From Vulcanimicrobiota bacterium (GTDB taxonomy: Bacteria; Vulcanimicrobiota; Xenobia; Xenobiales; JADMJV01), in contig JBFWNU010000004.1 in NCBI GenBank assembly GCA_050250895.1, positions 1 through 64,000 of the forward strand: 64,000 nucleotides of DNA. Reading direction: 5' to 3'. Below, piece after piece: positions 38,044 to 46,150 of the stretch. Under the pieces are notes generated by a model. It made no database searches and was not told the origin of the DNA. It saw nothing but the letters and a program-made list of their open reading frames with translations. The position numbers and the translations under genes are program-made. Numbering within the stretch: position 1 is the stretch's first letter; each line of letters starts with the position of its first letter.

Positions 38044-38532
38044 TTGATCCGCTCGTTCGTGCGACTGCCCTATGACGTGCCCACCGGCCGTCAGACTACC
38101 GGGGTGGGTGGTTATAGCGGCCAGGGCACCACCTGGACCCAAGAGATTCTGGGCATCGACCCGTCCGGACAGGTCGCGCCCAAGGATGTCTGCAGCGTGC
38201 TGATCGATAGCCGCACGGCCAAGATGGCCGACAAAGACGCAGCCGCCGTCGAGATCAAGGACACCGACTCGGAGCCGAATCTGGCCGTTCACCTGACTCG
38301 CGACGCCCGGGGCTGGGCCGTGCTGCATGTGGTCAATCAGGCCGATAGCTTCAAGGCCGAGATCACCTTTCCGCTGGGCGACGCCAGCCACATCGACGAA
38401 GCCTACTTCTCCCCTGGCGCCTTTTGTCAGGTGGCCGAGAAAGTGATCGCGGGACGCTCCGGCAGCGACGCCGGCTTTCAGGTTGGCGAGGCCGAGTGGA
38501 CCCTATCCAACGGACGGCTCGTGCAGGTGTGA
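38044..38532 (+). CDS. Hypothetical protein
   Basis: GGAGG RBS before TTG; plausible composition. Confidence 0.65.
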   Translation: MIRSFVRLPYDVPTGRQTTGVGGYSGQGTTWTQEILGIDPSGQVAPKDVCSVLIDSRTAKMADKDAAAVEIKDTDSEPNLAVHLTRDARGWAVLHVVNQADSFKAEITFPLGDASHIDEAYFSPGAFCQVAEKVIAGRSGSDAGFQVGEAEWTLSNGRLVQV

Positions 38533-38533
38533 A

Positions 38534-39469
38534 CTAACGGTCGAGCGAGCCACCCTCGCTGCTGGCTTTGTTCTTCAACCCATCCACGACTTGACCCACG
38601 GTAGCCCCGCCGCGGTGCGATTGAGCGGCCTGAGCCGAGACCGTGGCCGTGGCTTGTGAAGTGAACTGCCCTTCGGCCCGGATGTTGCCGCGACCCGACG
38701 AGCCCGAGCGCGCCTCGCTGCCCACTGCCGAGTTCTCGACCACCAGCGAAGCACCTCGGGCCAGGCGGTTCTCGGCTCCGGCGCCGCCGTTGCCGGCGGC
38801 CACCACTACGGGCACTCCAAAGGTGTCCTGGATGGTGTTGATCTGGCGCTGGACCATGGAGAATTCGCCTTCGCTCAAATTGCCGTTGAAGGCCTGCTGA
38901 GAAAGATTGACGGCGTCGATCTGTTGGCCGTTGATGAGCTGATCGATGACCCCGCCGAGGGCGCCGCTCACCCCGCCACGATTGACGTCGAAACCGACCG
39001 TGCTGGCTCCGCCGGCCTGGATGATTCCGGCGATCTCGTTGCCATGATTTGAGTTGAAGTCATCCACCACGGCCACCGTTGGACCACCGGCGTTGCCGCC
39101 GACGATATCGCCAACCGGTACCCCTCCGCCTCCACCGGCATTACCCGCATTACCCGCATTACCCGCGTTGCCCGCATTTCCGGCGTCGCCAGCACCACCG
39201 GCATTGCCGGCGTTGCCCGCGTCGCCCGCCCCGCCGGCTTCGCCGACTGGGGGCGCTCCCGCGAACTGGCCCATTCCATCAAACAGAGACTGACCCGACT
39301 GGAGCAGCATCATAATCAAGGCGATCAGTTCCTGCACCGCCTCGGGAGAATCGGCCCCGAGTTGGGCAGGGTCGAGGCCGCCCAGAGCCTGCTGGAGGGC
39401 CGGAGGCAGGCCAGCGGCACCGCCTTGAGTAGGAACCAGAGCATTGTTTGGCGCGATGGTAGATAGCAT
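38534..39469 (-). CDS. Miniature S8 subtilase-like protein with a Gly-Asn-Ala repeat linker
   Basis: VAVVD, HG.EIAGII, VNLS, VVVAAGN and TSQAT in subtilase order; (GNA)n tract. Confidence 0.62.
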   Translation of the reverse strand: MLSTIAPNNALVPTQGGAAGLPPALQQALGGLDPAQLGADSPEAVQELIALIMMLLQSGQSLFDGMGQFAGAPPVGEAGGAGDAGNAGNAGGAGDAGNAGNAGNAGNAGNAGGGGGVPVGDIVGGNAGGPTVAVVDDFNSNHGNEIAGIIQAGGASTVGFDVNRGGVSGALGGVIDQLINGQQIDAVNLSQQAFNGNLSEGEFSMVQRQINTIQDTFGVPVVVAAGNGGAGAENRLARGASLVVENSAVGSEARSGSSGRGNIRAEGQFTSQATATVSAQAAQSHRGGATVGQVVDGLKNKASSEGGSLDR

Positions 39470-39651
39470 GACCCAATGCTAGTCCCCGGCCGGGTCTGAA
39501 AGCTTCCAAAAGCCGGCCCGCAAGTTACCATTTCGTTTCCAAAGTTCGCATTTTTCGTTCATAAATGTTTTACATCTTTTTAACTTCCATGGATCCCCGC
39601 TGCTCGAGCCCAGATGCTATGATGACAGGGCGAGTGACCGTTGGAGGCTAA

Positions 39652-40551
39652 GTGGCGAGCTTTATCAATGGTCCCATCGGTTTTTTCCCGACCCGGCAGA
39701 CCCAATTCCCCGGTTTTTCTCCCCTAGGTGCTGGTCGAGCCAATGATCCGCAGGCGACCCTGATCACATTGCTGCAAGCCCTGCTCGGTGCTCTGACGCA
39801 GCTCAACGGGGGGTGGAACAACCTGGCCGGTCCCCAGCAGCCCCAGCCTCAGCCGACGACCCCCATCAACTACGGCGGCCCCACCACTCCGACCCCAACC
39901 ACCGGGGGCGGATACGGCGGCGTAGCGACCGGCACCACCGCCTCGCCCGAGATGTTCGGCACCCTCAGGCCGCCCTCGGACCCTAACGACTTCGCCAGCT
40001 ATCTGCAAGCGCAATTGGCCGGCGGCACGCTTCAAGGCAATACCGGCATCGCTCAGGCGGATGCCATTCCGGGCACACGCTTTGCGCGGGTGCAGAGCCC
40101 ACAACTGTGGCACGCCGATGTGGCTCGCAACTATGCCTACCAGTTTGCCGCTTTCGCCAGCGGCAACGACGCCCTCAGCGTCGGGGGCTTGCAAGCCGGG
40201 GTCGAAGCCTTCCACCAGATGAAACCCGAGGCTCGCCTCTTCATGCAGGTCGCCTCGGTCTTCAAGGGCAACAGCCTCAACGGCCCGGGCTTCTACGACA
40301 ATCCCGGCTTGAAAAACCTGTTGCTATCGAAGGGCGTATCCGATCTAGCTGGCCTCGACGGCGTGGGTCAGACCGATGTCCAGACCATCGGTGCCGTGGC
40401 CAAAGCCATCGACCGTGGCCAACTCAATCTCAACGACATCATCAACAGTGGCACCATCGACAACCTTGACCGCTACTTCCAGGTGATCGACTACGTCCAA
40501 ACCGGTCGCTTCTCGCTGGATGTGGCTGCTTACGACACGACCCCGATCTAG
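39652..40551 (+). CDS. Hypothetical protein, Pro/Thr/Gln-rich N-terminus with an amphipathic helix
   Basis: GGAGG RBS; LITLLQALLGALTQL; strong GC3 bias. Confidence 0.75.
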   Translation: MASFINGPIGFFPTRQTQFPGFSPLGAGRANDPQATLITLLQALLGALTQLNGGWNNLAGPQQPQPQPTTPINYGGPTTPTPTTGGGYGGVATGTTASPEMFGTLRPPSDPNDFASYLQAQLAGGTLQGNTGIAQADAIPGTRFARVQSPQLWHADVARNYAYQFAAFASGNDALSVGGLQAGVEAFHQMKPEARLFMQVASVFKGNSLNGPGFYDNPGLKNLLLSKGVSDLAGLDGVGQTDVQTIGAVAKAIDRGQLNLNDIINSGTIDNLDRYFQVIDYVQTGRFSLDVAAYDTTPI

Positions 40552-40558
40552 ACCGCAC

Positions 40559-40596
40559 CTGATCAGGATCATCCCCAAAGAATTGATTCTGCTCAA
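40559..40596 (+). promoter_or_regulatory. Two FNR/Crp-type boxes
   Basis: CTGAT-cagg-ATCAT (40559-40572) and TTGAT-tctg-CTCAA (40583-40596). Confidence 0.65.
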
Positions 40597-40607
40597 TAAT
40601 AGCGGCT

Positions 40608-41891
40608 ATGAGTTGGAAAGACAGAGCCGTTACCCCCACCCAGGCGGTAGCCCAGGTCAAAAGCCATGACAAGATCTTTTTGCACGGGGCCGCGGCCGCG
40701 CCGTTAACCCTCGAGGCCGCCCTCTGCCAGCGCCACGAGTTGCAGGGCGTCAATCTCTATCACATCCACGTCGAAGGCCGCGCCCCTTTCGCCGAACCCG
40801 AGCACAAGGGGCGCTTTGCGTCCTACTCGTTCTTCACCGGGCCCAACCTGCGGCTGGCAGTCAGCGAGGGGAGGGCGGATTTTATCCCCGTCTTTCTCTC
40901 GGACATCCCCCTGCTTTTTCGCTCGGGCCGGGTAGCCCTGGATGTAGCCCTGGTCAGCCTTTCCATGCCGGACCGCCATGGATTCTGCAGCCTGGGACCC
41001 TCGGTCGAGGCGGCCCTTGAGGCGGTGCGCACGGCTCGATTGGTGATCGCCGAGATCAACCCGCGCATGCCGCGCACTCACGGTGACAGTTTCGTGCACC
41101 TGGATCAGATCGACCACTTCTGCCTGGTTGACCGTGCTCTTCCCACCCACGAGCCCCCGCCGGTCGGGCCCGTGGAACAGGCCATCGGCGATCAGATCGC
41201 CGCCATGATCGAAGACGGCAACACCTTACAGCTCGGAATCGGAGCCATACCGGCGGCCGTGGTCAGCCGGCTGGGCGACAAAAACGATCTGGGTGTCCAC
41301 ACCGAAATGTTCACCGATGGCGTGGTGGAATTGATGACCTCGGGAGTCATCAACAACTCGCGCAAGACCACCCACGCCGGGCATACGGTGACCAGCTTCG
41401 TCAGCGGCAGCCAGAAGCTGTTCGACTTCATCAACGACAACCCGGCGGTAGAGTTCTACGGTTGCGACTATACCAATAACGTGGGCCTGATTGCCGAGCA
41501 CGATCACATGGTGGCCGTCAACAGCGCCCTCGAGGTGGACCTTTCGGGACAGGTGTGTGCCGACTCGATCGGGCACTCGATCTATAGCGGCATTGGCGGC
41601 CAGATGGACTTCATCCGCGGAGCCGCACTCTCTCGAGGCGGCAAACCGATCATTGCGCTGCCTTCAACGGCTCGCGGAGGGTCGCTCTCACGCATCGTCT
41701 CGACCCTTAAGCCGGGGGCCGGAGTGGTCACCACTCGCGGCCACGTCCACTGGGTGGTGACCGAGTACGGCGCTGTCAACCTGCACGGCCTTTCGCTGCG
41801 CCAACGGGCCGAAGCCCTGATCAGCATCGCCCACCCCGACTTTCGACCCCAGCTGCAAAGGGAATTCCGCGAGCAGCGCCATTTTGTTTAG
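40608..41891 (+). CDS. Acetyl-CoA hydrolase/transferase (4-hydroxybutyrate CoA-transferase-like)
   Basis: GRADFIP, TLQLGIGAIP, HTEMF, SGIGGQMDF, GGKPIIALPS, VVTEYG, IAHPDFR. Confidence 0.93.
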   Translation: MSWKDRAVTPTQAVAQVKSHDKIFLHGAAAAPLTLEAALCQRHELQGVNLYHIHVEGRAPFAEPEHKGRFASYSFFTGPNLRLAVSEGRADFIPVFLSDIPLLFRSGRVALDVALVSLSMPDRHGFCSLGPSVEAALEAVRTARLVIAEINPRMPRTHGDSFVHLDQIDHFCLVDRALPTHEPPPVGPVEQAIGDQIAAMIEDGNTLQLGIGAIPAAVVSRLGDKNDLGVHTEMFTDGVVELMTSGVINNSRKTTHAGHTVTSFVSGSQKLFDFINDNPAVEFYGCDYTNNVGLIAEHDHMVAVNSALEVDLSGQVCADSIGHSIYSGIGGQMDFIRGAALSRGGKPIIALPSTARGGSLSRIVSTLKPGAGVVTTRGHVHWVVTEYGAVNLHGLSLRQRAEALISIAHPDFRPQLQREFREQRHFV

Positions 41892-41907
41892 CCTGGGGGC
41901 AGCGCCG

Positions 41908-41921
41908 ATGATCTATATCAT
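41908..41921 (+). promoter_or_regulatory. FNR-type box
   Basis: ATGAT-ctat-ATCAT about 50 nt upstream of the CBS gene. Confidence 0.7.
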
Positions 41922-41970
41922 TTCGTCTCGACTACCAAAAATAGCAAAATAGAGCCAGGAGGTGAAATTC

Positions 41971-42420
41971 ATGAAAGTTCGCGATGTAATGACCCAGAAG
42001 GTCAGAACGATTGAATACTCAGCCAGCGTGCGTGAGTTGTCGAGGTTGCTCGACGAGCTTGGAATCTCTGGTGTCCCGGTGGTGGACGCCGATGGACGTC
42101 TGGTCGGGGTAGTCTCGAGCACCGACATCGGGGCTGGAGTGAGCGATCCTCCAGTTGCCAGCGAGATGGATCGGGATCTGCTCGACGAGGACCACGAACT
42201 GGCCGGCCTCGAGTCGGCCAAAGTGGCCGATCTTATGACCGAGCATGTGGTGACCATCGAGCCCAGCGCCAACGTCTCTGAACTCGTCGACCTGATGGTG
42301 GAATCCAACATCCACCGCGTCTTCGTCACCAGTGGCGAAGACCTGGTAGGAGTCGTCACCACGATGGACCTCATTCGCCAGCTCAAGTCCATGTTCTCGG
42401 GGCAGATGAGTAACGTATGA
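41971..42420 (+). CDS. CBS domain pair protein
   Basis: VRDVMT, ISGVPVV, VADLMT, IHRVFV; AGGAGG RBS. Confidence 0.92.
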   Translation: MKVRDVMTQKVRTIEYSASVRELSRLLDELGISGVPVVDADGRLVGVVSSTDIGAGVSDPPVASEMDRDLLDEDHELAGLESAKVADLMTEHVVTIEPSANVSELVDLMVESNIHRVFVTSGEDLVGVVTTMDLIRQLKSMFSGQMSNV

Positions 42421-43160
42421 CCAGACTGCTCACCCTCACTCTGGTTGCGCTTCTGGCGGCGGCGGGCCTGGCCGCGCCGTCAGGGCGTGACGATGGACCA
42501 AGCCCCGACCGGGGGCTTTATGTGTTCCAAGCCTATTGCGCCGCCTGCCACGGAGAGGGCGGCAAGGGTGACGGCCCGATGAGCGGCAAGCTCTATCTAG
42601 ACTTTGCCGTTCGCCCCGCCGATCTCTCCGCGCCAGCCTTCCAGAAAAGCCGGACCGACGAGCAACTCGAAGAGGCCGTGCGAGGAGGGGGCAAGGCGGT
42701 TCACAAGACCCCCTTCATGCCTGCCTGGGGACAGACGCTCACCGACCGTCAGGTGGACGATCTGGTGGCCTTCATCCGAGAGCTTGGTAGCGATCCGCTG
42801 GGCGACCGGCCGCCGATCGTCAATCTGGGCGACAAGCTCGAGCTGGGGCGGGTGCTTTACACCATCCACTGCCTGGCCTGCCATGGCACGACCGGCAAGG
42901 GCGACGGCCCCTTCTTACAAGGCCTGGGAGCTAGCGGAACCCTCACCAACCAGCCACCCAGTCTGGCGGTCTACGAGTTCTTCTATGACCGCAGCGATAA
43001 GCAACTGGAGGGTCCGGTCAAGAGCGGCATCACCCACTCAGGCCTCAAGACCGAGAACACCAGCTGGTGGCATCGCGCCCTCGACGACGAGGAAGTCCGC
43101 AGTTTGATCTTCTACCTGCGAAGCCTGCCGATGAGTCAGGCCGACCAGGAGAAGACCTAG
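42417..43160 (+). CDS. Periplasmic dihaem c-type cytochrome
   Basis: Signal peptide; CAACH and CLACH; MPAW in the first domain; ATGA overlap. Confidence 0.9.
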   Translation: MTRLLTLTLVALLAAAGLAAPSGRDDGPSPDRGLYVFQAYCAACHGEGGKGDGPMSGKLYLDFAVRPADLSAPAFQKSRTDEQLEEAVRGGGKAVHKTPFMPAWGQTLTDRQVDDLVAFIRELGSDPLGDRPPIVNLGDKLELGRVLYTIHCLACHGTTGKGDGPFLQGLGASGTLTNQPPSLAVYEFFYDRSDKQLEGPVKSGITHSGLKTENTSWWHRALDDEEVRSLIFYLRSLPMSQADQEKT

Positions 43161-43162
43161 AC

Positions 43163-43861
43163 CTAACTGGCCCCTTCCTGACTGATCTCTTGCAAGCTGT
43201 CCAGGTCGAGAAGCTCTACCGCTTTTCGACTCCGCGACACAATACCTCGCTGGTGAAAGTCGGTCAGGACGCGGGCCAGCGTCTCGGGGGTCAAGCCGCA
43301 CAGCTGAGCCATCTCGAGGCGAGTGGGATAGTAGTGGAGATGCTCGGGCAAGACGGCGAACTCGAGCAGCAATTCGGCCACGCGCGCGCGGGCCGTTTTT
43401 CTTGCGTGGGAGAACCAGCGATTCTCGGCCGATTGTAGCTCGCGGGCCAGGCGCTCGATGATGGAAGTGGCCAGATTCGGTTCGAGGCTCATCAGGTTCT
43501 TGAGCGCCTTATCACTGAGGAAGCAGAACTCGGCCGCCGTCACCGTCTCGGCCGTCGCCGAATGGGTGCCCTCAGCGAAGAAGGCGCGATAACCCAGCGG
43601 TTGACCAGGTCCGGCCCAGGCCAGCAGGTGCTCGTTGCCATCAGCGGTCAGACGATACATGCGCACCACTCCGGCGCTCACGCAATAAATGCCCGAAGCC
43701 TTCTCGCCCTCGCGATAGATGACGTGGCCACGCGGAAACGAGACCACCGCGCGGGTAGCCTCGATAGCGTCGAGGCACTGATCGCTTACTCCAGAGAAAA
43801 TGCTGGTGCCGGCCAGGCGGGCGGCACAGGCACGACAAGAACTCGGGTCACATCTTTCCAC
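43163..43861 (-). CDS. Crp/Fnr family regulator, FNR-like (Cys-rich N-terminus)
   Basis: CDPSSCRAC at the N-terminus, internal EFCFL, cNMP-fold core, HTH GLTPETLAR. Confidence 0.9.
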   Translation of the reverse strand: MERCDPSSCRACAARLAGTSIFSGVSDQCLDAIEATRAVVSFPRGHVIYREGEKASGIYCVSAGVVRMYRLTADGNEHLLAWAGPGQPLGYRAFFAEGTHSATAETVTAAEFCFLSDKALKNLMSLEPNLATSIIERLARELQSAENRWFSHARKTARARVAELLLEFAVLPEHLHYYPTRLEMAQLCGLTPETLARVLTDFHQRGIVSRSRKAVELLDLDSLQEISQEGAS

Positions 43862-43896
43862 AGAAAAGAGTGTGACCCAAAAAAACTCGCCAGCCT

Positions 43897-43910
43897 ATGA
43901 TATAGATCAG
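43897..43910. promoter_or_regulatory. FNR-type box between the fnr-like gene and a CBS gene
   Basis: ATGAT-atag-ATCAG. Confidence 0.65.
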
Positions 43911-44002
43911 TCGATGCAAGACAGGGTGACCTGTTTCCAACCAAATGTCGCTGTTGGTGAAAACAAGACGGAAAACCAGGACCGGCCCAGAAGCATGGGT
44001 AG

Positions 44003-44479
44003 GTGCTCGCCTGGCTCGAAGATGGTCGCCTCGACCCCTATCAGAAACCCGCCAACCCTTTCCAGGCCTATGCCCTCTTCGCCAAAGAGCCGAGTCCGGT
44101 GCAGCAGGCGGGCCAGATCATGAGCCGCCCGGTAATCACCATCGACGAGTTCACCAGCGTCGACAAAGCCCTGGGACGGATGTCCGAACACGGCCTCCAC
44201 CACCTGGGCGTAATCCGGCTGGGTCGGCTGGTTGGACTGGTCTCTGATCGCGACTTGATGAGGGCGCCCCCCGAGGCGCCGGCGGCCTCGTTCATGACCA
44301 GTCGTCTGCTCACCGCACGACCCGAGACCTCTCTGTGGAAAGTCGCCCGCACTATGGTGCGCCATCGCGTTCACTCGGTGCCGGTGCTCGATTCCGAGGG
44401 TCAACTGGTGGGACTCGTGACCAGTCAGGATCTGCTCGCCCTGATGACCCATCAGGCTCCGGTCGAGGTCTGGCTATAG
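44003..44479 (+). CDS. CBS domain pair protein
   Basis: IMSRPVITI, GLVSDRDL, HSVPVL, GLVTSQDLL. Confidence 0.88.
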   Translation: MLAWLEDGRLDPYQKPANPFQAYALFAKEPSPVQQAGQIMSRPVITIDEFTSVDKALGRMSEHGLHHLGVIRLGRLVGLVSDRDLMRAPPEAPAASFMTSRLLTARPETSLWKVARTMVRHRVHSVPVLDSEGQLVGLVTSQDLLALMTHQAPVEVWL

Positions 44480-45234
44480 AGGCCGAAGGCCGGATGCTCG
44501 ACCAGATAACCGAGCAGGTCAGTGCTGGTGACCATCCCGATGGGGGTCAACTCGCCGTCTACCACCACCAGGCTGTGGAACCGGCAACTGACCAGGGCTT
44601 CAGCCACCTCTTTAAGATCGGCCCTCGGTCCGGTGGTGAGCACGCGACGCACCATCATCTGGCCCACGGTCGCGGCCTGGCTGCCCAGCAAATCGCGATC
44701 GCTGACCAGACCGACCAGGCGACCCTCGTCGACCACCGGCAAATGGCTGAACCCGTGCTCGGCCAGCAACTCGAGAGCCTCGACCAGACTGACCTCGGGA
44801 CCGACCGAGACTACCGGCCGGCTCATGAGCTGTTCGACGGTCACGAAGTCGACGTTGGTCGATTGCTCGTCTGGCTCGAAGTCGGTGTCGATGCGCTCGA
44901 GGGCCTCGGGTCCCGGCCGCTGAGACGGATGTTGGCGCGCCACCCGCTGGGCCGGCTTGGCGACGACTTCTGAGTTGGGCGGAGGCAAGGGTAGGCCTGG
45001 CGGCAGAGGCGGCTCGTGGGGAGCGTTGCGAGCCGGCGGCGGGGACTGCGGACTGGTCTTCGAAGGCGACCGGTGGGCTACGGAAAACTCGACTCCATCC
45101 ATGGGCAGCGTCGGCTCGGGGCTGATGCGTTCCCAGTTGCCGTCGAGATAGGTATCGGGGACCGCCGCGTCGCCCGGAGGCAGGCGCGGAATCTCACGAT
45201 AAAGGACACCATCGACCAGCCAGAAGATCGCCAT
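44452..45234 (-). CDS. CBS domain pair protein with a Pro-rich N-terminal extension
   Basis: LMSRPVVSV, HLPVV, GLVSDRDLL, GMVTSTDLL. Confidence 0.88.
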   Translation of the reverse strand: MAIFWLVDGVLYREIPRLPPGDAAVPDTYLDGNWERISPEPTLPMDGVEFSVAHRSPSKTSPQSPPPARNAPHEPPLPPGLPLPPPNSEVVAKPAQRVARQHPSQRPGPEALERIDTDFEPDEQSTNVDFVTVEQLMSRPVVSVGPEVSLVEALELLAEHGFSHLPVVDEGRLVGLVSDRDLLGSQAATVGQMMVRRVLTTGPRADLKEVAEALVSCRFHSLVVVDGELTPIGMVTSTDLLGYLVEHPAFGLYSQTSTGA

Positions 45235-45235
45235 C

Positions 45236-46150
45236 TCAAATCTGAGCCGAGGTCGGGGCCAGCCGGGGCTCGAGATACTGCCACACCACCTGGGGCAGCT
45301 CTTCGCGGCAACACTGGCGTAGCGACGCCAGGATCTGGTTGGCTTCGGTCAAGGAGTGGATCCCGTTGCGCAAGGCCGCCGAGGCTTCACTGAGTTTGCG
45401 GGTCATCATCTGCTGCAGCAACGCATCCAGTTGTTGGGGGCGCTGCTCCCAAAGATCGAGAACTTGCTCGTAGAGGGCCGCCCGCAGGGCCGAGCCGACT
45501 CCCTGCAGGACCGTCTCGTTCCAGAGCCAGGTGCCCGGGTCGGGATAGAGGGTGCTCCAGACCTTGACCTCGCCCACCATCATCTCGGCGGTTTCCTGCG
45601 GAGTCATATCGAGAAACTCCAGCCGCATCTCTTCGGTCTTCTGGGTCTTGAGCGTCTTGACCTCAGAAGGTGGCCGCCCGTGAAGCAACTCGGCCGACAG
45701 TTCCCACTCGAGGGCTGGCCCGGCCATCGATTGGCTCAGACGGATCCAGGCCAGTTCGCCCACCTTGAAATAGAGGTAGTCCATCACCGCCTGGTCCACC
45801 TCGGCTTCAAGCTTGGCCGAAACGCCCGGCTTATGCGACTTGACGAACTCGCTGAGGCGCTGGCACTCCTGGTGGTCCAGGCCCGTTCCCAGTCGCCCGT
45901 GCATGGCCATGATGGCGGCTTCGAGACGCTGGCGGGCCTGCTGGCGCTGCTCGAGTTCTTGACGATGCTCGCGTTGGAAGCGCGCGTCGGGAGTATCGCC
46001 GTTCTCGAGCGCCGTGGCCTTGGCCCGAATGGCTCTGGCCAGGTCAGCCAACTCCGCTTGCAGCGCGTCAATCGATGGCGGCTCCAGCACCTCCTCCGGC
46101 TGATGGTGATGCTGAAAAATCCCCTCGAACATTCGGCCGAAAAAGCTCAC
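45236..46150 (-). CDS. Hypothetical alpha-helical protein
   Basis: GTG 46150 overlaps the RND stop (GTGA); coupled to the downstream CBS gene. Confidence 0.7.
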   Translation of the reverse strand: MSFFGRMFEGIFQHHHQPEEVLEPPSIDALQAELADLARAIRAKATALENGDTPDARFQREHRQELEQRQQARQRLEAAIMAMHGRLGTGLDHQECQRLSEFVKSHKPGVSAKLEAEVDQAVMDYLYFKVGELAWIRLSQSMAGPALEWELSAELLHGRPPSEVKTLKTQKTEEMRLEFLDMTPQETAEMMVGEVKVWSTLYPDPGTWLWNETVLQGVGSALRAALYEQVLDLWEQRPQQLDALLQQMMTRKLSEASAALRNGIHSLTEANQILASLRQCCREELPQVVWQYLEPRLAPTSAQI

